From a virus, in the IMG/VR virus record IMGVR_UViG_3300025617_000006: a stretch of DNA of 64,000 nt, one strand, 5' to 3'. Under the pieces are notes generated by a model, which saw only the letters and a list, made by a program, of their open reading frames with translations, was not told where the DNA came from and did not search any database. How positions within the stretch are numbered: the stretch's first letter is position 1; each line of letters starts with the position of its first letter. Positions 9,141 through 17,929 of this stretch are shown here, one piece after another. A program made the position numbers and the translations under genes.

Positions 9141-9233
9141 ATTTGTTACTGCGTAACAAATTGTTTTCGCTATCGCTCAAACAGTATATCTTAAGATTAA
9201 TTAAGATGAATATTATTAATTGCGAAGCAATTT
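9141..9233. repeat. cluster of AT-rich inverted repeats with GNA-triloop hairpins
   Basis: ATTTGTTAC-TGC-GTAACAAAT (9141-9161), TCTTAA..TTAAGA (9189-9206) and AATTGC-GAA-GCAATT (9218-9232). Confidence 0.7.
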
Positions 9234-9234
9234 T

Positions 9235-9657
9235 AGCATCATGTAGATTGTTTCAGTCAGACGGAACCTGTTACGGTCCCATCTAATCTCAAAATTGTGC
9301 TTCATGTGAGTTCGCCACAGCCGAGACATTGGAAGTAGGTAATTGTTTATACACAAAGTACAATGGGCTCTGACCTTTCCCAACCTACGTCGACATCATT
9401 TACGCTACGCCGTATATTCTTAAAATATACGCTACACCGTAAACTACCTCTCGCTTCGTTCCTATTGCTAAAGAGTTTTTATGTACTGTGTTTGTGTTTT
9501 TCGACAGCCAACATGCTATCTCCGTCAACCTGTGAGCCCAATTTGTTTGATGGCTTCCTACCTCTGGGTAGTCGATCAACGTGTTACGTGTGTTCCGATC
9601 AAGGATACTTTTTCCACAGCGGTATTTCTAAACTGGCCCGCCAACCTTATGTGTTGG
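9235..9657 (-). ncRNA. putative large structured ncRNA (~420 nt, pseudoknotted), family unassigned
   Basis: Only long gap without a credible gene in the window. It contains many stems, G-U wobbles that work only on the minus strand, and crossing helices 9534-9540/9364-9370 and 9383-9388/9335-9340. Confidence 0.6.
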
Positions 9658-10096
9658 ATTGTTTTGCCTTGATGTGATGTTCTAGCAATGCCTGTCGTAA
9701 CTTGTCTGAGCCGCCAACTCTAACATTAATAATTCCGTTGTAATACTCGTCGCTCTCTAATACACGGCGGTCAAACTGTTCTCTTGCCTCTATGTAGGAC
9801 ATTTCGCCCCTACCTTTACATAGGTATAGTATTTCTCTTGTAAACTTGTCTTCGCCTAGTGCGGCAACATCTGCGTTTAGTCTATCACTGGAACCCCAGT
9901 AAGTTTTCCAATCGCTTTCTTTAGTGCCGCGTCTTTTGTTTTTCTTGCCTTTGAGTGGTGGCTTAGTTGTTTTAAACTTTGCTAGTTTTTTGCCTATGTA
10001 TTTTTGGCCTGTAGTGGTGTTGGTAATGAGATATACAAAACCTTCATACTCATCTGGTATTGTGTTTACTTTTTTGCCTTGATAAGTCCACTCCAT
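9647..10096 (-). CDS. minimal GIY-YIG endonuclease
   Basis: GFVYLITN...KYIGKK, YWGSS, catalytic Glu helix (SYIEAREQF) and YYN; 149 aa with no separate DNA-binding domain. Confidence 0.85.
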   Translation of the reverse strand: MEWTYQGKKVNTIPDEYEGFVYLITNTTTGQKYIGKKLAKFKTTKPPLKGKKNKRRGTKESDWKTYWGSSDRLNADVAALGEDKFTREILYLCKGRGEMSYIEAREQFDRRVLESDEYYNGIINVRVGGSDKLRQALLEHHIKAKQSNT

Positions 10097-10114
10097 GTGT
10101 GTACTTAACGTAGT

Positions 10115-10318
10115 CTATTTTTTATCTGCCTCTTTCCTGGCATCATACGTAGATCTAATTTCGCTCATGCGTATTTTAGCCAGTGATCTTATTTCTCTAA
10201 GCCATTTTCGGCTTGACTCCATTGTTCGCTTACCTTTGTAGGTTTCAAACTTTTCGTTCTCTTTAAAATACTCAAGATACGCTTTGGTCAATTTATCATG
10301 TGTATCGTCTTCTATCAT
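10115..10318 (-). CDS. hypothetical protein
   Basis: 67 aa basic helical ORF with an ATGA overlap with gp46. Confidence 0.65.
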   Translation of the reverse strand: MIEDDTHDKLTKAYLEYFKENEKFETYKGKRTMESSRKWLREIRSLAKIRMSEIRSTYDARKEADKK

Positions 10319-12087
10319 TCTACAATATCAACGTCATTTGCATAACTTGTAAAGCCGTTTTCTTTTACAACTTTAAGTACATTTTGCACACGCCCAACAA
10401 GTTCGTCTTTGTGTGAAATTAAATAAATGTTTTTCTTGCGCTCTCTGCCCATCTTTTTAAGGATAGCAAGACTACTTTCTACACCTGCTGTGTCCATACC
10501 ACTGTCAATCAGTTCGTCAATAAACAACAAGTTGATATTTTGATACAGACTTTCCCAAACATCACGGAATGCAAAACTTAATCCTAAGATAAGTCTGTTG
10601 CGTTCGCCTCTCGACAGATTATCAAAGTCTAAGTCTTGTCCTAGTTGTGTAATTTCAACATTCAAATCATTTTGGAACACAACTTGATGTGGCAACCCAA
10701 TCTTGTCAAGGTAATATGTAAGTCTGTTGTTTAGGTATGCAAGATTTTGATCAATAATTTTCTTACGAATAAAACTATCTTTGTTTGTAAGAAGTTTGTA
10801 CAAGAAGTCTTGGTGATCTTTAAGAGCAGTAAGATCGTTAATTGTATCCCATGATACTTCTTGTATTGCAGTATTTTCAAGATCGGTAATTTGATCAACA
10901 TACGGATCGTTTTCTGTTTCTTTTGACTTCAATGCTTGCTTTAAATTTTCAACATTTCCGCGATGCTCGTATGCTTCTTTTGCAGTTTCATAAAATGTAT
11001 TAGGCTTTGCATCTAAGTCGCCTAATTCTGCAAGTTTTTCTTGAACTCGTTTATGCTTAGTATCAACTTCTAACAAATACGTCATTGTTTCGCCGTACTC
11101 GCCTTGGAGTTGCTTTTCAATTTCGTGTTTCTTTTCTTCATGCAACTCTTGGCCACAACTATGACATTTAGCATCAACTAAATTTTCTAAGTCTTTAGTG
11201 TATTTTGTTATCTGCCGATCAGTTTGAATCAATGCACTATCAAGTGTAGCACGTTCTTTTTCTAAATTTCTTTTTTGCTGATTGTTTTCTGTCCACGTAG
11301 AAAGTTTTTCATGTGCATCAAGTTCTGCATCGATGTCTAAATGTTCAAGTTCATCAATGCCACCTTGTAAGCGGTCGCAATCTTTTGCGTTTTGTTGCTT
11401 CCATGCACTAGATTTAACTTTAAGACTATCAATTGTTTCAGAAATCTTTTCATTACTGTTTTGTACTGCACTAATACGTGCAGTTTCTTCGGTAATTGCG
11501 TCTCGAACTGCTTTTTGTTTAATTTTAAGTTCTTCGGCTTTTTCAGTAAGTATGGTAATACCTAATAACTGTTCAATAATTGCACGTTGATCGTTGGTGC
11601 GCATACTTAAAAAAGGTTCGCTATATGTATTAAGTGCAACAACATGTTTAAACATGTCATGACTCATGTGCAAAATACTAGCAATTTCGTCTTGTGTTCG
11701 ACGACTGTCGCCTTGTGACTCGTCTGACTCAGTTTGTTCGTTATTGTCAACATAAAACTTTAACAAGTTAGGAGAGCGTCCTCGCTCAATTCGATATTGT
11801 TTTCCGTCTTTTTCAAACTCAAGAGTTACTAACATGCCTTTTGAGTTAGTTTTATTAATTAGGTTGTTTAGTTTGATATTAGTCAGTGCTTGCCCATACA
11901 ATGCATAACTTAGTGCATTGGCAATAGTAGTTTTACCAGTACCGTTACGTGATCCACTGTCGTCTCCGCCTTGGTCTAGGTTTTCGCCTAATACAAGTGT
12001 TAGTTGCCTATTGCTAAAGTCAACACCCTGTGTCTGGTTGCCCACACTCATAAAGTTTTTTACAGTTAAATCTTTTAGTAATATCAT
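10315..12087 (-). CDS. gp46: recombination ATPase subunit (T4 gp46 / SbcC / Rad50)
   Basis: KNFMSVGN, Walker A NGTGKTT, zinc hook CHSCGQ, signature LSRGE, Walker B LFIDE, H-loop ISHK. Confidence 0.95.
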   Translation of the reverse strand: MILLKDLTVKNFMSVGNQTQGVDFSNRQLTLVLGENLDQGGDDSGSRNGTGKTTIANALSYALYGQALTNIKLNNLINKTNSKGMLVTLEFEKDGKQYRIERGRSPNLLKFYVDNNEQTESDESQGDSRRTQDEIASILHMSHDMFKHVVALNTYSEPFLSMRTNDQRAIIEQLLGITILTEKAEELKIKQKAVRDAITEETARISAVQNSNEKISETIDSLKVKSSAWKQQNAKDCDRLQGGIDELEHLDIDAELDAHEKLSTWTENNQQKRNLEKERATLDSALIQTDRQITKYTKDLENLVDAKCHSCGQELHEEKKHEIEKQLQGEYGETMTYLLEVDTKHKRVQEKLAELGDLDAKPNTFYETAKEAYEHRGNVENLKQALKSKETENDPYVDQITDLENTAIQEVSWDTINDLTALKDHQDFLYKLLTNKDSFIRKKIIDQNLAYLNNRLTYYLDKIGLPHQVVFQNDLNVEITQLGQDLDFDNLSRGERNRLILGLSFAFRDVWESLYQNINLLFIDELIDSGMDTAGVESSLAILKKMGRERKKNIYLISHKDELVGRVQNVLKVVKENGFTSYANDVDIVE

Positions 12088-12088
12088 T

Positions 12089-13093
12089 TTATAACTCGTT
12101 GTAAATGTTCAGCAGTTTTTGCTTGTTATAGTTTTCACTGTCAATAGCCTCAATTTCTTGTGCTACAATTTGATCGATACTTTCAAACTTTGTGATATCG
12201 ATATCTGTATTAATTTCGTCATCTTGAGTACTCGGAATTAATGTAATTTCACGACAGTTGTATGCTTTAATAAATTCCTCTTTAATAAAACTTGCTTCTT
12301 CGTAACTAATCGGAATATCAAGTGCTACTCTCAAATACATGTTTGGCTTGATCAATTTGTCTTTTTCATCAATAAGTCTTGATAGTTTAACTGTTCGATA
12401 CTTAGGACAATTAGGCCAGTTAATATACTCTGGCTCTCCGCCGTGTTCAAGAATCATCATTCCTCTAGCATCGTCCCACGCATCTGCGTAGTTGTGCGGA
12501 AATGCATTACCGATATATGTAATGTTACCTAGTGTTTGTCTTTTGTGAAAGTGTCCACTAAACACATACTCTTGTTTTTTAAAATGCTCTGCCTGGAGTT
12601 CACCAGTTTCAGGCATCTTTACCATTGCATTCATATAAAAATTAGGCAACTCAAAGTGACCAAAAATATATTTGCTTGTAAGTTTAGGAATCTTTTTCCA
12701 TTCATCGCCTACCAACCACGGAACAAGTGTACTATCTCCGATAGTAGTCATTTTGTTAATAACAGTTATACCGTCGATGTGATTTGCAAATTCTACAGAG
12801 TGGATATCGCGCTTGTCTTTGTAGTACAAATCGTGATTACCTGGAAAATAATAAAACTGATCAAACGCTTTTCCTAGTTTTTCTAGACTGCGGATAGAAT
12901 GATCCATTGTAATAATATTTAGACTGTTACGATTATGGTGCCAATCGCCCATAAAAATGCCTGTTTCGCATCCTTGCTCTTTGGCCTTAGCAATATACCA
13001 ATCAACAAAATCTTCACAATCTTCGTTGTGAAGGCGTGAGTTAGACTTTAGACCAAAATGTATGTCTGTAAATACAGCGGCTTTTTTAAACAA
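12089..13093 (-). CDS. gp47: recombination nuclease subunit (T4 gp47 / SbcD / Mre11)
   Basis: Metallophosphoesterase motifs TDIHFG, GDWHH, GNHD, GHFE and SGHFH; TTG start. Confidence 0.95.
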   Translation of the reverse strand: MFKKAAVFTDIHFGLKSNSRLHNEDCEDFVDWYIAKAKEQGCETGIFMGDWHHNRNSLNIITMDHSIRSLEKLGKAFDQFYYFPGNHDLYYKDKRDIHSVEFANHIDGITVINKMTTIGDSTLVPWLVGDEWKKIPKLTSKYIFGHFELPNFYMNAMVKMPETGELQAEHFKKQEYVFSGHFHKRQTLGNITYIGNAFPHNYADAWDDARGMMILEHGGEPEYINWPNCPKYRTVKLSRLIDEKDKLIKPNMYLRVALDIPISYEEASFIKEEFIKAYNCREITLIPSTQDDEINTDIDITKFESIDQIVAQEIEAIDSENYNKQKLLNIYNEL

Positions 13094-13118
13094 AGTAGTA
13101 TTCCTCTAGTTTATATTA

Positions 13119-13147
13119 ATAGTACAGCATTGTAGTGTAAAAGTCAA
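13119..13147 (-). promoter_or_regulatory. sigma70-type early promoter for gp47-gp46
   Basis: TTGACT-17 nt-TACTAT on the minus strand. Confidence 0.7.
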
Positions 13148-13150
13148 CCG

Positions 13151-13990
13151 TTATTTGCTTTGTTCTTCTTTGAGTGCTTTTTGTGCCTGTTCCGCTTGCC
13201 GTTCAAACTCTCCTTGCATCTGTCTAGTATATGAAGGTGTCATATCATTCATTTCTAAGATGTCATCTCGAATATTTTGATTGCGTTTTTCAATGTTAAT
13301 AACACGAACAAAACTGTTTGTTACAGCCGCAGTATAATAAGCAAATGGATTTTGTGATTTTGACTCGTCAAATTGTAGTCCAATCTGTGCAAGTTGCAGG
13401 ATTGCTTGACCGCGCATTTCGTCATTGTAAGTGTAACCACGTACATTGCCTCTTGTTGCGTATCGGTCACATAACTTCATCCACATTCTTGCAAGTTTTT
13501 CGGTTGCCTTACCACCCGACAGTGTAAAGTTACCATTAGACATTCCGCCCTCCCAATGACTTTTACCTACACATTGTAACTCTCCGTTATCGTCAAACTT
13601 AAAATGCTGATATGGAGGAAAGTTTAATTTTACTTTTGTGTCTGCTATAGTCTTTGGATTCTTTTTGCGTCCTTTTTCTTCCGGAATATGGTCAAACGTC
13701 ATGACTCGAAAGATTAGTTCTTCTTTTGTAATTTTTTTATAGTCAACTTCACACTCGGCTTGCTTAACTTTTTCACCAGCCATTTTTCGTGATTGGTATT
13801 CAGCATCACCAAGGCGTTTTGCTTTATTACGTTTTGCTTCTGCAATTGTTCTAATGTTAATTTTATCAACACTAGGCAAAATTATGTCAAATTGTGCATA
13901 ATCACTGTCAGTAAAACTTGAAAATGATGACTTTGACTTGTGAATTTCCTTCAACAAGTCCTTATTGTTTAAATAGTTTACTTTTCTCAA
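13151..13990 (-). CDS. gp55: late transcription sigma factor (T4 gp55-like)
   Basis: NYLNNKDLL, GYTYNDEM, QFDESKSQNPFAYYT....NSFVRVINIEK; synteny with gp47/gp46; TTG start with GGAG. Confidence 0.85.
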   Translation of the reverse strand: MRKVNYLNNKDLLKEIHKSKSSFSSFTDSDYAQFDIILPSVDKINIRTIAEAKRNKAKRLGDAEYQSRKMAGEKVKQAECEVDYKKITKEELIFRVMTFDHIPEEKGRKKNPKTIADTKVKLNFPPYQHFKFDDNGELQCVGKSHWEGGMSNGNFTLSGGKATEKLARMWMKLCDRYATRGNVRGYTYNDEMRGQAILQLAQIGLQFDESKSQNPFAYYTAAVTNSFVRVINIEKRNQNIRDDILEMNDMTPSYTRQMQGEFERQAEQAQKALKEEQSK

Positions 13991-14006
13991 TTTATTTCTC
14001 CGGATT

Positions 14007-14026
14007 TACTAGAGAAATCTCTAGTA
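14007..14026. promoter_or_regulatory. palindrome in the gp55 leader (operator or 5' hairpin)
   Basis: TACTAGAG-AAAT-CTCTAGTA between the -10 box and the Shine-Dalgarno sequence. Confidence 0.55.
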
Positions 14027-14035
14027 TTAAGTCTT

Positions 14036-14064
14036 ATTATAATATACTCTGATAATTTTGTCAA
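14036..14064 (-). promoter_or_regulatory. consensus sigma70 promoter for gp55
   Basis: Perfect TTGACA-17 nt-TATAAT on the minus strand. Confidence 0.8.
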
Positions 14065-14070
14065 TAAATA
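14065..14070 (+). promoter_or_regulatory. late promoter of the baseplate operon
   Basis: (A)TAAATA 22 nt upstream of ATG 14093, followed by a GAGG Shine-Dalgarno. Confidence 0.6.
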
Positions 14071-14092
14071 CATGTAACGAGGATTACCAATT

Positions 14093-14950
14093 ATGACACC
14101 ATTTGACGAATTTAAGATACCAGAAGCAGGTACAATTATTAACGGCGCTTCCCGTTTAATAAACGAAGGAATTGCTGATTTTAAAGCAGGGGCTAAAGGC
14201 TTTATGAAGTCAATTAGGTCCAGGCTTATTCCTGGAGACGGTGAACCGGCTAGTGCGGCATTAGCAGAAGCAAGTTGGGCTTCAGGGCCTGCCGACAAAG
14301 ATTGGCGAGTTAAATTAAGTATTCCAAATATTGATTCTTTCAACAATAGTGTCCTAATTGGCCAATTACAAAAAACTGGCGGTTTGTGTTTTCCTTATAC
14401 TCCGACTATTATTATGAGTCATCAAGCATCGTATAATGCGTTACAACCTGTACATAGTAATTATCCTTTCTTTGCTTACGAAAACTCCAGTGTGGATGCA
14501 ATGACATTAACTGGACAATTTTATGCACAAAACTCACTAGAAGGAGCATACTGGTTAGGAACACTACATTACCTAAGAAGTATTACAAAAATGTTTTACG
14601 GTAGAGGTTCTAATCAAGGTGCACCACCTCCTGTTGTAAAACTTAACGGATATGGTGATTATGTTTTTAAAAACGTACCTGTTATTATTACTAACTTTAC
14701 AATTGACATGCCAACTGATGTAGACTACATTGCTGTTAATCTAGCAACGTTAGAAGATAATTTAAAACGCCTTCCAACAGAAACAAAAACACAACCGCAA
14801 GAACAAGGCCAAATTGCTTATGTTCCGGTAGAGAGTCAAGTGACGATTACACTTCAACCAATCTATAGTAGATCCGAAGTTGAAAAATTTAGTTTAGACG
14901 GATTTGTTAAAGGCCAATATGTTGGACCAAATGGAAAAGGATTTATCTAA
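14093..14950 (+). CDS. baseplate tail-tube initiator/cap (gp48/gp54-like tube-fold protein)
   Basis: FPYTP.I and GAPPPVVKLNGYG..VFKNVPVIITNFTID motifs; lies upstream of the gp53-like gene. Confidence 0.65.
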   Translation: MTPFDEFKIPEAGTIINGASRLINEGIADFKAGAKGFMKSIRSRLIPGDGEPASAALAEASWASGPADKDWRVKLSIPNIDSFNNSVLIGQLQKTGGLCFPYTPTIIMSHQASYNALQPVHSNYPFFAYENSSVDAMTLTGQFYAQNSLEGAYWLGTLHYLRSITKMFYGRGSNQGAPPPVVKLNGYGDYVFKNVPVIITNFTIDMPTDVDYIAVNLATLEDNLKRLPTETKTQPQEQGQIAYVPVESQVTITLQPIYSRSEVEKFSLDGFVKGQYVGPNGKGFI

Positions 14951-15243
14951 TGGCATCAGAATCACCGTGGAGTAAAACAAAAATTAATGCCGCAGGGTAT
15001 TTAGATATTCTTAACATTCGCACAGTGCCGGCAGACAACGACGATGTATTATACGAGATTGAATCGCAATATCATCAGCGTCCTGATCTTTTAGCCTACG
15101 ACATGTACGGCACACCTAAACTATGGTGGGTGTATACACAGCGCAACATGGACACACTTAAAGATCCTGTTTATGATTTTCGAACAGGAGTTTCTATCTA
15201 CATTCCAAAAGGAAGTAGACTTAGAACATTGCTAGGAATTTAA
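14950..15243 (+). CDS. gp53: baseplate wedge LysM-like protein (T4 gp53-like)
   Basis: RPDLLAYDMYGTPKLWWV motif. Confidence 0.8.
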   Translation: MASESPWSKTKINAAGYLDILNIRTVPADNDDVLYEIESQYHQRPDLLAYDMYGTPKLWWVYTQRNMDTLKDPVYDFRTGVSIYIPKGSRLRTLLGI

Positions 15244-15244
15244 T

Positions 15245-17929
15245 ATGGCTGAGAGAAAATTGTATCCCTGGCAAACACCAGAAGGCAAAGCAGAGTACAA
15301 TAACACAGACGGACTGGAGGTTTACGGAGACGATTACAGTAAAGCAGAACCAGTTGGAAATACAAGTTACCCTTATCCTAAACCAGTTATAACTCAGGAT
15401 ACTACCCCCTCAACAAAAATTAATACCAATGCCGATCCTAACAGTGTAGGAGAAAAAGAAAGTAAGGCAAACGACGGTGTTGATGAAATTGAAAAAATAG
15501 TTAACGAAGCCCTTGAAAGGGTTGAAACTTTATATACACCCGACGGCAGAGCATTAACACTACCTTTATCAAACTCTCTAATGGGATATGCAAGTTTTAA
15601 CTACAGAATTGGACTGTATGCGTTATCTGATTCAGAACTTAACGATCCTGATACTTCATATAGAATTAGAGATCCTGAAATTGCAGTACTACGAAGCGGC
15701 GGCGGACTTGGTGACAACAAAGTTACAACCGCTTACGAAGTTAACGGTAAAAAAGTAGAATTCTTTATTAATAACTTAGAAGTTGAAACAGTTATTGCTC
15801 CTACAGCAAATAAAGGAGCAACAAATGCAGTTGGATTTAGATTTGAAATAATTGAGCCTTATAGTATGGGATTGTTTTTACAAGCCCTGCAACTTGCGGC
15901 ATTACAAGCCGGACACAAGAATTATACCGAAGCACCGTTTTTAATCAAAATTGATTTTATTGGTTGGGACCAAAATGGAAACCCTTACATTGTTCCAGAC
16001 GCAAAAAAATTATTACCGTTTAAACTAGTTGGTAGTTCGTTAGAACTTACAGGCGGCGGCAGTATGTATGCTGTTGAAGGAGTTGCATACAATGATGTTG
16101 TACTAACTGACCAGGTTCAGCGCATTCCGGTTGATGTTGAAATTAGGGGAAGAACACTTGAAAAAATGCTTGAAAGTAGTGCCGGTAGTTTAACAACAGC
16201 ACTCAACAAACACATGTCTAAAAAGGCAGTAGACGGTAAAGTAAAAACAGCCGATCAATTCTTTGTTGTATTTCCAAAAAATCGTGCATCAGCCAGCAAC
16301 AAGATAACAGTAACAGAACTAGAACCAGTTGGCGCAAATACACAAAGCGAAGTCGGAACTGATACAAATGTTACATCTGGTCAACGTACCAAAGAAGAGT
16401 ATGAAGCATTATGGAAAGCGATTAGTACTAAAGAAGAATCGGAGTTAACCGAAGAACAATATGCTTATCTTGACAAACAACTTAAATTGGTTTCACAAAC
16501 AGCACTAGGCGAAGAAATAGTTCAAACTCAAACCGGCGAAGCCAATTCAAACAGCCTTGGTAACTCAATAGTATTTGATCCTTCGACTTATGGAGAAACA
16601 CAACAGCCATATGGGCTTGCTGACTTTACATGGGATAAAGAAAAAGGAGTGTGGAACAGAAATAGTGGACAGTTACAAATTGATCCAAGTCTTGGTGTAA
16701 TTAAATTTACTAAAGGCACACGGATACAAGACATTATTACTGAAATGGTTCTTGTTTCAGATTACGGTAAAGACCTTGCCGGAGGACAAGCAGACGATCT
16801 TGGATTTAAAAATTGGTTTAGGATTGATACACAGGTAATGCAAATTTCAGATAACGATGTAGAAGATCAGATCGGCCGCAAACCTAGGATTTACATTTAC
16901 CGTGTAGTTCCGTATAAAGTACACGAATCTAGATTAATTGCTCCTACTAAAAATTCATCTGGAATTGATAAACTTAAAAAGCAAGTGTGCAAGCGTTATG
17001 ATTATATCTACAGCGGACGAAATGACGATATCTTAGATCTTAGTCTTAACATGGACAATACATTCTTTAAAAGTATTTCACCTGGAAACTTCAACAAAAC
17101 CAGCGGCGCCGATGCGGCAAAAAGTGAACAAGAAAAGAAAGAAACTGTCCAAACTAAACCTGGTAATAAAGAAGTGTTAGGTGCAAACTCAGGATCATTA
17201 AACGATTCAGATATGCAAAACACTAAACCTATTTCATCGGGTGCAGTTAGTGCCGACGATGCAAAGATTGATGTTGCACGTAGGTTTAACGAAGCCATTG
17301 TAGGTTCCGACGTTGACATGATTTCAATTGAAATGACAATTATGGGCGATCCGTATTATATTGCAGACAGCGGAGTTGGAAATTATAATTCAGATAATTC
17401 TCAGTTTATCAACCTTAGTGCTGACGGAACAGTTGATTATCAAAACGGTGAAGTTGATGTAGAACTAAACTTTAAAACACCAATTGATTACAGAGATGAC
17501 GGCATTATGGGCTTCCCAAGTGATCAAATCAGTGTTAACCAGTTCAGCGGACTATATCAGGTAATTACAGTATTAAACACATTTTCAGATGGACAATTTA
17601 AACAAGTGCTAGAATTAGTTAGACGAAGTAACCAAACTCCTAACGCTGTAACTGATCAAAGCGATAAGTCAGCAACTGAAGTAGTTGCTGATGACAAAAA
17701 ACTGACTCCTGATCAGACCTCAAAACCAACTGATCAAGAAACACAAATAGCGGCTGGACAAAGTGCGCAAGGAAGGCCCTTTGGAGCAGGACAAGAGAAC
17801 ACTGTGAGAACATCTAAAAAAATAGATAACGGAGTTACTAGAACTACTGTAGAAGTTACTGAAGGCGGCACAGTTGTTCAAAAGAAATCCATAACGCAAA
17901 TTGACGGCAGAGTAGTAGGTGGTTTATAG
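15245..17929 (+). CDS. baseplate hub protein (gp27/gpD-like) with large insertions
   Basis: FEIIEPYS, IEMTIMGDP and FSGLYQVITVLNTFSDGQFKQVLELVR motifs; position between gp53 and gp5. Confidence 0.6.
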   Translation: MAERKLYPWQTPEGKAEYNNTDGLEVYGDDYSKAEPVGNTSYPYPKPVITQDTTPSTKINTNADPNSVGEKESKANDGVDEIEKIVNEALERVETLYTPDGRALTLPLSNSLMGYASFNYRIGLYALSDSELNDPDTSYRIRDPEIAVLRSGGGLGDNKVTTAYEVNGKKVEFFINNLEVETVIAPTANKGATNAVGFRFEIIEPYSMGLFLQALQLAALQAGHKNYTEAPFLIKIDFIGWDQNGNPYIVPDAKKLLPFKLVGSSLELTGGGSMYAVEGVAYNDVVLTDQVQRIPVDVEIRGRTLEKMLESSAGSLTTALNKHMSKKAVDGKVKTADQFFVVFPKNRASASNKITVTELEPVGANTQSEVGTDTNVTSGQRTKEEYEALWKAISTKEESELTEEQYAYLDKQLKLVSQTALGEEIVQTQTGEANSNSLGNSIVFDPSTYGETQQPYGLADFTWDKEKGVWNRNSGQLQIDPSLGVIKFTKGTRIQDIITEMVLVSDYGKDLAGGQADDLGFKNWFRIDTQVMQISDNDVEDQIGRKPRIYIYRVVPYKVHESRLIAPTKNSSGIDKLKKQVCKRYDYIYSGRNDDILDLSLNMDNTFFKSISPGNFNKTSGADAAKSEQEKKETVQTKPGNKEVLGANSGSLNDSDMQNTKPISSGAVSADDAKIDVARRFNEAIVGSDVDMISIEMTIMGDPYYIADSGVGNYNSDNSQFINLSADGTVDYQNGEVDVELNFKTPIDYRDDGIMGFPSDQISVNQFSGLYQVITVLNTFSDGQFKQVLELVRRSNQTPNAVTDQSDKSATEVVADDKKLTPDQTSKPTDQETQIAAGQSAQGRPFGAGQENTVRTSKKIDNGVTRTTVEVTEGGTVVQKKSITQIDGRVVGGL

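Noticed and set aside
9235-9410. CRISPR- or TIGR-like guide array (AUGAUG and CUGA box-like words)
   Set aside because: Only one imperfect ~10-nt repeat pair and no regular repeat-spacer periodicity; no cas-like or Nop-domain gene in the window.
9235-9657. Assigning the ncRNA as a canonical group I intron or RNase P RNA
   Set aside because: GGUCAGAGCCCA loosely recalls the group I R element and GGAAAGGUC recalls RNase P CR-I. However, there is no S element, the pairing partner lies upstream, no gene is interrupted, and the spacing is too short for RNase P. Left unassigned.
9363-9677. Plus-strand ORFs 9363-9677 and 9481-9672
   Set aside because: Atypical composition (Cys/Ser/Leu-rich) and no ribosome-binding site; they are antisense to the structured element and best seen as chance frames.
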